Shown: positions 36,971-50,957, counted from the first letter of the whole stretch. The stretch is DNA of 63,773 nucleotides, filler included, from Octopus bimaculoides (GCF_001194135.2; 4 parts of 2 records of this genome joined end to end with filler, not necessarily neighbours in it), one strand, 5' to 3'. Translations and numbers: made by a program. Notes: generated from the letters alone by a model not told the origin.

Positions 36971-37943
36971 TACTTCTATTGCCCTCTACAAGCAACAAAG
37001 CCTATGGAATGACTTTGTATGGACTTCAAGGCACTTTTGCCTTCTGTTTCACATAATTCATTTTTATTTATGATTGTTGATTAAATACATTTACCTTTTG
37101 CTTTTCCATGCCACAACAGTAATTAGATGTCTGAAACTTTGTTTAGCTTATGCAGAATGCCAAATTACATACATTGTAATCAAGGTACAACTTTCATGTC
37201 TAATGTTTCCAGACATCTGGTTACAAACTCTAGCATCATTTCCTCAAAGATCAGGAAGAATTGAAGGCGATGAGAGCACACTCCTAGTTAGTATCAACCT
37301 TTATAGAAATGTTCCACTAAATCTGTAACTAATTGTGACTTTGATTTCATCAATGTTAGTACTGACCAGGTTATGAAATGCAGAACACAGTCAAATCCCT
37401 TTTCTGTACCAGGAAACGTGAACAAGAGTGATTTGGTTTTGCTAAGAAATTTTTCTGGAAGTTTCAACACGATAAAAATGACAACTGTGGTTCCTCGTCT
37501 TATTAAAAGCTAGTTTAATCTGTATTCAGTTTAACATCATCATCTGTTTCTTGGATGCCTTCTGTATGGTCAACTCTGTTGCAAGCATTTGAATCAGGTT
37601 TTCAGTTAGAGGATGTTTTCCTTCATTCCAAAAACTCAGATATGCTGTTATTAGGAAAGGTAGTTTGGTTGGTGTGATGTGGATCTGATCAATGGAGATG
37701 TATTTTATTGACTGTGTAAATAATAATTCAAGCAAACCCACAAATATTTAACTGAAATATTTATTGCCGGATATAAAGATATCGGATGTTGGCTATTTAC
37801 AATGAACAACATAAATATTTGCCATCTGTGAAACAGATAGACTGCTCTGAAATTATGGAAAGCTATCTGTGTGACAACATGCAATCAGCCCCAAAATATA
37901 TGCAGTCAACTGTGCAAATTTCCATGACAACAGAGGTCCTTAC

Positions 37944-38030
37944 CTGTCTGTCCTTGGCCATCTGTGTAAATGCCTTGAACCATCTGATGGCACGAATGGA
38001 GGTGCATGTCACTCAGCTACTTTCAGCATT
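37944..38030 (-). other. Exon-like segment (87 nt, phase 0/0) with a single in-frame TGA; coding status unknown
   Basis: Acceptor tcttgattaattgcag and donor CAG|gtaagg. Frame 0 reads NAESS*VTCTSIRAIRWFKAFTQMAKDRQ. Confidence 0.35.
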
Positions 38031-38699
38031 CTGCAATTAATCAAGAGACAAAACGGTCTTTTATAGGAGACAAAAAGAACATTTAAGAAAACCATGTAAT
38101 GCTACAGCCTCATGCTGATTGGTCAACTAACACACCAATCACGTGAAACTGTGGTGGTTCACTCATGGCATCCGACTGGTTATCTAGCAGCAGAGGTTTT
38201 GAATCATTACTACCTTGTAAAGAATCATGGGTACAACCTTTCCTCCTGACTAAGCAATATAAAAAAACAATTGTATTGTATCCTACCTGACTGAAATTCC
38301 ACCAACTTTGCTATCACTTTCAAAGCTAGTTTTAAGACTTGATCTTTTCGATTGTGGCCCCGATAGAATTCTTAATCTTCCATAGCTCCTATGAGCTTGT
38401 AGTAGTTTTCAATGACATTGATATATCAGTCATTAAAGACAATACCTTTGCACAAAATTTGATTAGCTAGACATTAAACTAGCAGAGCACCTATAAATCC
38501 TGATGATTTCAGCATCTCACCAACCAACCAACCAACCATCGTTGATGAATAGATATCTTTCCTTGTTGTCATCCTTAAATATCAAACTAAGCATGCAAAG
38601 CAATTTTCTTTCTTTTTTTCTTGAGAGTGGGAATTGGTCTAAATAAAGGACCGAGTCCATGGTCATTGTAAGACCCTCAATGACCAGCAAGATCAATGA

Positions 38700-39680
38700 A
38701 TTTAGTGTTCCTCTTGAACAGTTGCAAGAAAAATATACAAAGAGGAAATTTCAGGGGGATTGAGCTCTGGGCAGAAATGACTTGGCATAGAGATTAGTTC
38801 ATAGCCTGAAGTCGTGGACACAATATGGGTAACAAGTAAAATGGGATTGTGGGAGTAGAACTGGAGCAAAATCAGTTATGTTTGAGGAGAGGCCTTATCG
38901 GTAGAGGTAGAAAGGCACAGAAATAAGGCAGCACATCTGTGAAACAGCTGTTGTAGTGCATTTATAAGTAGCTTCTTGCCATTTAGGCAGGTAGATTTTC
39001 TTTGGATGTAGTCTAGGCTATTTCTTTGCAAAAAAGCAGTTTAAAATGTGAGAGCAATACTTCATTGTGGGTCTTACCTGAACTTAGAAAAGAATTAGTG
39101 GTTGTTGGGAAATAAAGTATTTTCAGGGTGCAAGGTGTTTGTGGTGCAGTCTTTGCTATGCTGGGTATGAGTGTTCACCAGGGGAGAGAGAACCTCATTA
39201 ATTATGAGGTCTAGTATTTGTAGTGATCTTAAGAGTTCGTGTTTAGGATGGTAAGTGTGGTCTGTTGTTTTCTAAATATGCACAACAATTATGTTGCTGT
39301 GTTGATCTAGGAAATAAAATCAGCATGACCTCATTGGAGGATGTTTTTTGAAGTCTCTGCTCATGGAGACAGTGTGTGTTTGGTATGAAGTATCTAGGCT
39401 GCATACAGATGGAACTTGAATGCAAAAGGTTAGAGGGAGATGAAGCGTAGTACCATTTGTGTAAAAACGAGGTTTGTAAGATGTGATGTCATGTTAAATC
39501 TATAACACTTGTACTCCTTATTCATTGAGCTGTTAGAAATAGATAAGAAATCGTCTTCATATATCTTGGAAAAGAAGCACATATTAGATAATGTGGTCAT
39601 GAACTCACTGTGCTTGGATAAATGATGGATGGTCAAGTCAGTATTCAATTGATCACAGATCTGTTCAATCAGGACAAACA
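38700..39680 (-). mobile_element. Penelope-like element remnant (RT to GIY-YIG)
   Basis: CFFSKIYEDDFLSIS resembles the PLE RY(I/V)DD motif, with Cys-containing linker-like pieces downstream. It is heavily degraded. Confidence 0.45.
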
Positions 39681-41051
39681 TGGGATTAAACCACAGCTTC
39701 TCATAATTTGATTCTATTTCTCATTTTTCTGTTTACTGATGCTGAGAGGGAAAATACCCTTGAGGAGTCGTTTCAGACATTTCTCCCAATAACAATTTAA
39801 TTCATATCATTAATCAAACTTTAATTATTCTATCAATTATTGTAGCTACTTCAATTAATACATCTGTTCACTTGTCTTAAGAGCATATTTACATGAATAT
39901 ATCTGAATCGTTACTCTCCCAAATATGCTACTAGTTATATCTCTTGTCTGTGAAGATTCTGGCTCAAACAAACTTTAGTTTCATTTCATGCAAACAATGT
40001 ACATAAACTTTAGCATGTCAACTTAAGTCACCAGGCTTATCTTCCGATGTTCTTATGTTGACAACATTAAGATGTGAAAAGAAAAAATTGTTGCTATTGA
40101 TGGTGGTGGGATATGCTTTGCTTTATCATCCACCTCTGACAGAGTGGATTAAATATATTTATCATGCCATCAATATTTAAATGCTTTATAGAACTATTCT
40201 ACATCAGTTTTAATTTGGAGCAGCTATTTTCCTAGACGGCTTACCTGAAAATATATAATCCATTTTTTCCAGTTCATTAGGTCGGCAACTATACAGACTT
40301 ACTATCTACAGAGGTCATTTTTACTATAACTAAAGAAGCCAGAGGTTTTTTTATTCATATAATTGTATTATAAACGTTAGGCTGGGGGAAATGAGAAGAA
40401 GGAGCTAGCAAGAGGAATTAGTCTTGTGAAAGTTTTTCTGTGTAAGAGGACATTGATGGAGACAAAGGTGGTTTCTTCAAAGAAGGAGAGGAAAGAGTAA
40501 AATATGTATGGAGAGAATAGAAGGAAGCAATGAAGATACAATAATTGAAAGTTGTGATTACTAAGTAGATTATCAAAACAGTTAGTTAAACATGCATATT
40601 TCTACATTAAAGTTCTGATACTCACAAAATACATTAGGCTCTTGAGAACACATGCCACATACTTCTGGCTTAAGTTGTTTTGTCTTTTCCTTGTTATCGA
40701 ACTTCTTTCATCATCCTTCCTCGTCACTTTTGTCTTTAGCCATGTTTCCCTCAGTTTGTCACATCTTCCTATGAAACACCAGTTGAAGGTTTGCTCTGTA
40801 AGACATACTTCATGGCCCATCTATTTCCATTTTGAAAATTTGACACAAATATTCACATTCTCTAACCCAACCGCTTCCCTTGTGGAAGCCTTTATTGTGT
40901 GATGCTTCCAACTAATTTCCTACATTCTTTTCAAAGTCTTATTTAAAAAAACCCAGAATGTTTGTATCAGTAGATATTGGACGATATCAAGATGAATGTT
41001 AATAGGTTAAAATGGTTCATACAAGAGGAATATATAAACACACACACACAC

Positions 41052-41105
<54 letters not shown>

Positions 41106-41323
41106 NNNNNNNNNNNNNNNNNNNNNNNNNNNNNNNNNNNNNNNNNNNNNNNNNNNNNNNNNNNNNNNNNNNNNNNNNNNNNNNNNNNNNNNNNNNNNNN
41201 NNNNNNNNNNNNNNNNNNNNNNNNNNNNNNNNNNNNNNNNNNNNNNNNNNNNNNNNNNNNNNNNNNNNNNNNNNNNNNNNNNNNNNNNNNNNNNNNNNNN
41301 NNNNNNNNNNNNNNNNNNNNNNN

Positions 41324-41370
<47 letters not shown>

Positions 41371-42239
41371 CAAACACATGCATATGCACACATACGCTTA
41401 CTTAATATCTAGATTATTTTGTAACAGTGTTAATAATTTGTCCAACAAGGTTTTGTAGCTCATGGCTTTTTATTTTCCACAATAAAAAGAAAAAAAAGCA
41501 ACAACCTCTCCAATGCCATATCTTTGTATCAAGTATGCATGCTTCATTCATTTTGAAGACTTCTTGTTAAAATTCTTTTATATCTTACATGATGCTATTT
41601 ATTTCAACTTTTTACGAATAGTTGGTCCTCCATAATTGAAATCATTTTCCAGCTGACCAATAAATGTCACAGGCCATGATTTTGGAGAACGTCAGTTGTT
41701 GAGTCTTGCTTGATACTTCTCTGTTAATCACAGGATTCATTCCCCACTCCCCGCCACCCCCTCGAGTTGGCATATTCTTCCATTTTGGTGTATTGATTCT
41801 ATTGGAAGATTTTCGCTTTGATTCCTTGTGCTTTCCTAATCTAAGACATTTTGGACATATGTCGATGCTTGTTCATTTTATTATGTGTCTTGGTGAGCAA
41901 TAATGTCATCGGTTAGGTTTCCAACCGTTTGATTATTGGTTCATTGCTTCTCTGATATTAAGGGTGTTAAGGGAGTATCTGTTTACACAGTGCAGAAGTG
42001 ATATCTCATGGGACTTCCTTTCCACTAAATTTTTGCATCTTTCACTGATACATGCTTGCAAAAGACATCTACTAACGTGCATAAATAAATGCACACACAT
42101 ACACAACACAGACACATAAACATACACACACACAACCATATCATCATCATCATTACCAAAACCACCACCACCACCACCACCACCTCCATCATCATTATTA
42201 TCATCATCATTGTTGTCGTTGTCGTCATCGTCATCATCA

Positions 42240-42480
42240 TTTAACATCTGCTTTCCATGCTGGCATGGGTTAGACGGTTTGACTGGAACTGGTAAGCTGG
42301 AGAGTTGCACCAGGTTCCAGTTTGATTTGGCATCGTTTCTTTGGCTGGATGCCTTTCCTAATGCCAACCACTTCGAGAGTGTAATGGGCGCTTTTTACAT
42401 GCCACTGGCACAAGTGCCATTTACATGACACTGGCAACAGCCATGATTATGATTTCCTGGGTGCAACGGCCATGACTACA
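42240..42480 (-). mobile_element. RTE-type LINE/SINE 3' tail; further copies at 43330-43600 and 48900-48980 (plus strand)
   Basis: Minus strand GGTTGGCATTAGGAAAGGCATCCAGCC...CCATGCCAGCATGGAAAGCAGATGTTAAATGATGATG, ending in a (GAT)n tail. Confidence 0.7.
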
Positions 42481-43071
42481 ATTGCAGTTGGTTCAATGAG
42501 TCTTCTCAAGCACAGCATAATATATATATATCTATGTAGATATATGTGTGGGTGTATAAATAATTTGTCACGTGGTTGGGGCATTAGCAACTAAACTGGC
42601 AACCCTCCTATGCTTGCTTGATAAAGTGGGTGGCTTTTAGTGGATTCTTTGCAGGATGTAAAGAAAAACCTTTTAAAATCAGACAAATTCGATAGAATCA
42701 TCAACCAGCCAATTTCTTGACGACTGGGAGTAAAGGTCTCCTAGTTCCTATTAGAATGTCCCGTAAAAGAAGGTATACTCGTGTAAAAAGAACCTGAAGG
42801 GCTGTTGGGTTCTGGTTGTCTCAACCGATGTTGTGTCAAAAGTGGGTTCAGTACTCTCTTTTACTCTTTTACTCATTTCAGTCATTTGACTGTGGCCATG
42901 CTGGAGCACCACCTTTAGTTGAGGAAATCAACCCCAGGACTTATTCTTTGTAATCCTAGTACTTATTCTATCAGTCTCTTATTTCTGAACCGCTAAGTTA
43001 CAGAAACATAAGCATGCCAGCATCGGTTGTCAAGCGATGTTGGGGGGGGGGAGACAGACACAGACACACAG

Positions 43072-43116
<45 letters not shown>

Positions 43117-44618
43117 TGTATATATATATATACGATGGGCTTCTTTCAGTTTCCATCTACCAAATACACTCACAAGGCTTTGGTCAGCCTGAGGCTATAG
43201 TAGACGACACTTGCCCAAGGTGCCACACAGTGGGACTGAACCCGGAACCATGTGGTTGGCAAGCAAGCTACTTACCACACAACCACTCCTGCGCCTGTGT
43301 AACTATATCCATGATCATCATCGTCGTCATCGTTTAACGTTCGTTGAGTTGGACGGTTTGACTGGGGACTGGTAGCAGGCTCCAATCTGGTCTGGCAATG
43401 TTTCTACAGCTGGATGCCCTTCCTAACACCAACCACTCCGAGAGTGTAGTGGCTTCTTTTTATGTGCCACTAGCATGGGAGCCAGTCAGGCAGCACTGGC
43501 ATCAGTCCCGTTCAGATGGTGCTTTTTACGTGCTACCAGCACAGAAGCCAGTTGGGGTAGGGCTGGCATCAACCACGTTCGGATGGTGCTTTTTATGTGC
43601 CCTGTAAACAAATTTCAGACATTAGATTGTGACCATACTGGGGCACCGACTTGAAGGATTTTTGTCAAATTGACCCCAGTAATTCATTTTTTTTTAAAGT
43701 CTGGCGTTTATTCTATCAGCCTCTTTCACTGAACTGCTAAGTTAGAGGAACATAAACACACCAGGACATGTTGGTTGGCCCTAGGCTGTAGAAGTAAGAC
43801 ACTTGGCTGAAGTGCATTGAGATTGAATCTTGGGAAGCAAACATCATTCTACACAGAGGCAAGGGAAATAATTCTGAAAACAAAATTGATTAAAAAGTGA
43901 ATGATAGCATGTAATAGGGACTGAATCTGAAGTAGTGTGGTAGTTACAACTAAAGTTACCAAGGTTGTTAATGGTAGGTGATGAAAGACGATACTTAAGA
44001 AAGTGATAAATCTATTTGTATGAAAGAGTCTGGTGAAAACCCATATTAAGATTGAATATATAAGACATCTGTAAGAAGTTTGATATTTTATGGAAGTAAA
44101 CTATTAGCTGTAATTTACTGCCGGTGAATAAAATAGCAAAGAGATGCTCTGAGTAGAGATGTATTAATTAAAGCTGTCATGTGCAAAGTAAACTTATGAG
44201 AAAACACCAGCACATGTAGGCGGAGAAAGTGTCTAGGTATTAAATGCATCATTTAATGTATGCCACAGAGACAAGAGTTGCAGTATGGACATTTAATGGA
44301 ATTGATTTATTCAGTCTAGGTTTTTAAAAGGTCCATGAATTAGAAGCGTTCCCTTTTCTAAGTAGAAGATAATGATAGTGAACTTTGGGGAAACGTTCCT
44401 GTCTGAATCCACAAATTCGTCTTGGCTTGATGATTTTAAACATGCATACGTGTGTGTGTGTGTGGTTGTTGCTTTAGCAGATGAATGAGAATAAATATCA
44501 TACAGGATATGTCTTTCTGTTTTTTATTAAAATTTAAACTCGAGTCATGAGGTAAGCTCTCAGCTTCAGCTTTAATAAACTACATATATATATATATATG
44601 TTTGTGTGCGTGTGTGTA

Positions 44619-44652
<34 letters not shown>

Positions 44653-44707
44653 AAGATGTATATATATACATATATATTTATATGTATACACATATATGTA
44701 TGTATAT

Positions 44708-44751
<44 letters not shown>

Positions 44752-44781
44752 CATTATATATATATGTATATATATACAAAT

Positions 44782-44841
<60 letters not shown>

Positions 44842-47800
44842 GTACACAAACGCACACACACACACATACACATAGACACACACATACATATGGAAGGACT
44901 GATGCATATACACATATACCTGTGCAGATATAAAATTTAAGGTAGAAAGAAATAACAGAAAACTATTCCAAATTAGTCTGTATTTTAGCATTCATCAAAT
45001 ATAGTTCCATACTTTGAAGTGGTTTTGTGTATGCATTAGGGATTCATAGTAGCCAAAACCCACTTTCATTAAAAAAAACTGAACTATGTACCAGCATGCA
45101 CATACCTAGCTCTGTACTTGCAGAGAATTCTGAAATAAAAGGAAAAAAAATTTACTTGGAAAACAAATAAGAGTTGATGACAGGACGAGCAGCTCGTTGA
45201 AAAATCCTGTTTCAGTAGTGAGGCCAACCCATGCTAGTATAGGAAAACCTGCAGCAAGCATTAGAGCAAACAAATGATCTATTATTTTAATACATATACT
45301 TGATATCAGAAATAAATATCAAATTTAATTCATAACTCATCTGCTTTTTACAATGAAACCAATGTGTTTCAACTGCTGTTCTATGGTACATTTGTGAGTT
45401 GTGTACTGTCCACATGTTTGCCCATAAGTTTTTGAGATGAGTTGTAAAATGCAATTATATGTATTTAGGAAAGGTGAGTGCTTTCAGTGCACCAAATAAA
45501 TGCAGCTGTATTCCTTTACAGCAAAATGCAACGTATACACTGTATTCTGTTTTAAAACCATTTTAATACTCATTTTCCTTTTATACAATAAAACTTTTAA
45601 AAGCTGATGGTATGCCATAATACTATTAGTACCTTATTCAGTGAGATTTGGATCAAAAACAGGTTGAAAATTGCTGCTATAAAACAACAGTTAAAGACTA
45701 ACTCCCAACAGTGCTTCTGTGCTTTGGAAATATTAGGAGATTACATTGTGAGAGGTGGGTGCATATGTGAATGTGTTTGTGTGTGCATGCATAATTCAGT
45801 TTGTCTATGCTACAGTTATGTGCATGTTGGTACATATTTCAGTTTTTAAATGAAAGTGTGTATTGGCCACTGTGCATCTGTATCACACACAAAAAGACTT
45901 CAAAGTATTGAACTATTTTTGATGAATGCTAAAATATAGACTAATTTGGAATGACTTTCTTTGATTTCTTTCAGCCCTTAATCTAATATTTGTTTTTCCT
46001 ATTATTTTATTTTAAATAATGAATTACTTTTTTTATTTATTTATTTATTTTTTTTTATTTTTGCTAATGCACAAAAATATTTTATTTGATTATTTCCTTT
46101 TCAGAACTATCTTTTTAGATACAATATCCTTTTTGTTCTATTCATTGTTTTTTTTTTCATTGTTGTTTTATTTTGCTTTGTTTTGTTTTGTTTTTTCTTT
46201 CTTTCTAGATATGCTGTTACAAATACAATATAAATAGCTGGAACTGAAATAAATGCTGTCTCAGAAACAGTAATGTGAATTCATGACATGAAATTAAATG
46301 CTTTTTTCTAATGCTGTAAATGTGTTCAATTGAAAATCCAATTGCATTTGTGTTATTTGCAATGCATTTAGAACAAAGTATTTAACTATAAGCAAAGTTA
46401 ACCACTTTAGCTGAGAGGGTAATTAACTCTTTTGTTACCATATTTCTGTAGAAATATGCTAGCTTTGTTTCAATTAGTTTTGAAAATAACGAAGAATTTA
46501 GTAAAATAACTTGGTCATTATTAAGCTGGTGTTTCAAACATAAATTAACATGAAATTTTGATGGAATATTTTAATGTAAATCACTTAAGAAACTAGGAGT
46601 TTGTGTCGTAAAATTATGGTTGATCTCAGGTAGGTTGGTATCAAAAGGGTTAAATAACTATATTCAATGGACATTGAAATATATTTCTTTCAATGAATAT
46701 CATACAACTATGACTTATTTTTACACCAAGTTGGTTCAAATAAAAAGTTGCTGTGTCTGTGACCTTTGCAGGACACTGATTTGATTAATACAGTTTATAT
46801 TCAGTTTGAATATCTGTAGTTTGATATCTGCTGTAGAAAAACAGGTGGAAAGGGAATTCCAGATTTTTGATGTTCTGGGCAGATGTTCAGTACAACAAAT
46901 TCATTAATATTGGGTTTTACATTTGAGGTGTTAAAGATGATTCCATCTTGTAAAATTCTTCCTTGAAGACAGAGGCTGGTGGTATTCGATGGTGGAACCA
47001 AGTTACAAGCATTATTTTCAACTCCTCCCCCCAGAAACAGCTGTTGGACTCGTAAAACTCCTATTCAACCCACTTAATTCCTGACACCATTTCCATTTTG
47101 TGCAAATCAGACTTTTTTTAAAATGTATATATATTCTCTTTTATTCTTGTACTTGTTTCAGTCATTTGACTGTGGCTATGCTGGAGCACCACCTTTAGTC
47201 GAACAGATCATCCCCAAGACTTATTCTTTGTAAGCCTAGTACTTATTCTATTGGTCTCTTTTGCCAAACTGCTAAGTTATGGGGACATAAACACACCACC
47301 ATCGGTTGTCAAGCAATGTTGGGGGGATGAACAAAGATACACACACATATGCACACACAATGTAATTATCTCTCTTACATTCTACATCCAATTCTACTTA
47401 CACCCAGTTCTTCTCTCAGCTCATCCTTACCTCATGGTCCACACACACTAGCACTACACATCTACTGGAGTGTGTTTCATTCATTTCTCTCCAGTCTTTA
47501 CATATCCTGTATCTTCTCTACCTGCATCTTACACCCATTCAGCATCACAGTTTGTATACATGCACTGTACATATCAGCTCTTTGCTTACAAAGTGAATTA
47601 CCCTTATCAGCAGAGATAACGGTTCCCTAAATCTATTCTACCCCCTTTACTTATTTTGGCTCCTTTTTTTTTTTCAGAGCACTTTTCCTTCACTGTTGAT
47701 TAGTCTTCTAGGTAGCAGCAGATATCAACTGCTTTTATAGAAACTTCTGAACATTCTAAATCACTGCAGTGAATCTATTTTTCTAGCACTCTGAAAGCTA

Positions 47801-48711
47801 ATTATTCCGGTGCACCTGCTAAAATCGAAGTCTGTATTCACCGCCAACAAGCAGCCTTTAATTCCACTACACCACTTCTGCACCAGAAGATCACAATGTG
47901 TATTCGGTAAGGAGTACTAACTCTTTATATATATATATGTCCACCACTACATTCCTCCATGGCAAGATTTAATTTGTGTATACAAATTAAATTTGCAGTC
48001 CATGGGAAGAGCCGTTTTAACGATGCGTCCTGCCCAGCTCTTCGAAACGCCGGTGTTAAAATGGGGGTAGCTGATGAAGTAGAATGTTCTCTAAGTGGCT
48101 TGTGTGTTTTCTCGTCTACGTTTTGTTTGCAATGTCCTGTACCCAGATATGCACCTATACATACAGGTAGATGTCGGTATGCACATACCTGTACGTATAT
48201 ATGCATACACTCATTTACTATTTGTTTATATATATATATATATATATATATNNNNNNNNNNNNNNNNNNNNNNNNNNNNNNNNNNNNNNNNNNNNNNNNN
48301 NNNNNNNNNNNNNNNNNNNNNNNNNNNNNNNNNNNNNNNNNNNNNNNNNNNNNNNNNNNNNNNNNNNNNNNNNNNNNNNNNNNNNNNNNNNNNNNNNNNN
48401 NNNNNNNNNNNNNNNNNNNNNNNNNNNNNNNNNNNNNNNNNNNNNNNNNNNNNNNNNNNNNNNNNNNNNNNNNNNNNNNNNNNNNNNNNNNNNNNNNNNN
48501 NNNNNNNNNNNNNNNNNNNNNNNNNNNNNNNNNNNNNNNNNNNNNNNNNNNNNNNNNNNNNNNNNNNNNNNNNNNNNNNNNNNNNNNNNNNNNNNNNNNN
48601 NNNNNNNNNNNNNNNNNNNNNNNNNNNNNNNNNNNNNNNNNNNNNNNNNNNNNNNNNNNNNNNNNNNNNNNNNNNNNNTATATATATATATATATATATG
48701 TTTATTATATA

Positions 48712-48743
<32 letters not shown>

Positions 48744-49042
48744 ATAAGCATAGTCATTTCCCTCGATGGCATCTGAATCATGTCTCTTCTTGTCTACTTA
48801 TGAAAGTTTTAGGCTTTGCTAATTGAACGTATAAAATATATTGTATAATATGGATATGGATATGTATGTGTGTGTGTAAGTGTGTGTGTGTGTGTGTGTA
48901 GCCTAGGGTAGTTCTTCTACCTGGACAGCTCTTGTCAACTGTCATATCCATGCATGCATGGAAGATGGACGTTAAATGATGATGATGATGATATATGTTT
49001 GAGTGTGTGTGTGTGTACGTATGTATATGTAAATGTGCATAT

Positions 49043-49097
<55 letters not shown>

Positions 49098-49197
49098 NNN
49101 NNNNNNNNNNNNNNNNNNNNNNNNNNNNNNNNNNNNNNNNNTTAATTAATTAANNNNNNNNNNNNNNNNNNNNNNNNNNNNNNNNNNNNNNNNNNNN

Positions 49198-49250
<53 letters not shown>

Positions 49251-49523
49251 ATACATATATTTATAAATATAATACACACGCTGAAAGAGCATCTAATAGT
49301 TTCATGATTTTATATTACTTTAAATAAGCATATTATAAAATACTCTGTGTATCTCCAAGCAATCTTTCACGCCTTATCTATGCGTTAGATATATTTAAAA
49401 AACTAGGACACTGGACATTGAGAAAATAAGTAAAAAATGAGAAGAAAACGCGAAGATAGTTGATGCAAAAAATAGAACAAAAAAAAACGAAAGCAACAAA
49501 ACTGAAAATACCCTTCCTCCCAG

Positions 49524-49935
49524 ATTGAAGAAACTATAATTAATGCAGCTGATATAAAACAAAATAACAGAAAATATGTCAAAGTCTGCGAGAGAGCAAC
49601 TCAGCCTGGAGCAGATAATAAAAGAGACTGTTGTAGGGAATTAGTAATAATGGTATACCCCTCCCACGCGACGAATGGAATAACCTAGTCACTATAAGTA
49701 AAGAGAAGTACGTGAAGTACCAGAATACGTTGAAGGCGGTCAGAGATAGTCGTGTCTTTACAGGTTTTACTAAGTACATTGTATACCAAAGTGGGCATTA
49801 TAACAATCCAACATTAAAAGGATTGCAACAGAAATCTGTCCATGTGTGTGCATCAGCTAAAAAATTCAGATCTGAACTTAAGCAGTGTTGTGGGATTCTT
49901 GGATCTAAGAAAAATATGAGATCTTTCTGCTACGC
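49524..49935 (+). pseudogene. Frameshifted exon-like ORF with two Cys-rich internal repeats
   Basis: Strong acceptor cccttcctcccag and donor gtaagt at 49936. Frame A reads IEETIINAADIKQNNRKYVKVCERATQPGADNKRDCCREL. Frame B (49637-49939) reads GISNNGIPLPRDEW...QQKSVHVCASAKKFRSELKQCCGILGSKKNMRSFCY. Confidence 0.4.
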
Positions 49936-50180
49936 GTAAGTTGACTTTCTTAGATCCATTAACATATGGCGTCCTAGTTTATAGAATATATTTAACGCAT
50001 AAGCAGAACCTGAAAAATTACTTGGTGATACATGGCGTATTTTATAAATATACCAATTTAAAGTATCCTAAAGTCATGAAATTTTTAGTAACTCTTTAGG
50101 TATGTGTATTAAATTGATATGTACCTCCCACAAGATGGCGTACTTTTTTGTTGAGTCTACTTATATTGGATATATATATA

Positions 50181-50252
<72 letters not shown>

Positions 50253-50876
50253 TATATATACACATATATATACACATATATATATATGTATGCATATATA
50301 TACACACAGTCTCACACACACACACATACATATATATACATACGCATATAAGCAGACACACATATACTGAAGTCGGTGTTAACAATAAATATTATGAGCC
50401 AAGAACTTTTAATTGAATAAAATTAAAGTTTAATAAACCTAAAAATAGAAGAATGCAGCCTGACATGTTTCGGTACTTTAGACCTCATCTGCGACATCTC
50501 AGAATGACATGAGAAAATATTTTATTATCGTGTCTGATGAAAATGGGGTGTTGAATGCCTTGGGAAAATTAACCCTGCAATGTGTGGTGCATGAAAAAAA
50601 AGTAGAAGAGTTGTCACTTGTTTATTTAATGTTAAAATCGAGACTTATCTAAATGTATTCCTCCACTGACACATATTAGTATCCCAGTACTTAATATCTT
50701 CTGAACACACATATAGACAGAGGTTGAGCAACCTATCAAAAGTTTATTGACGTCGAAATGGAAAGAAGAATCTCCTGCCTGCTTGTGCTGTCTGCAACTA
50801 TCAACTTGCATCTGTTAAAGGGGAACATTAATCGCTTTCATCTCATCGCTTTCGGAGGGCCTCGGATAACACATCC

Positions 50877-50957
<81 letters not shown>

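Noticed and set aside
46285-46340. ATGAA...TGAA hairpin as a SECIS candidate
   Set aside because: The apical AA is misplaced, helix II is AU/GU-only, and helix I is negligible.
47995-48090. GAAGAGC/GCTCTTC stem followed by GAAAC, with a CTGATGA further downstream
   Set aside because: There is no CUGANGA directly 5' of the stem, the cleavage position is G, and the downstream CTGATGA has no matching stem II.
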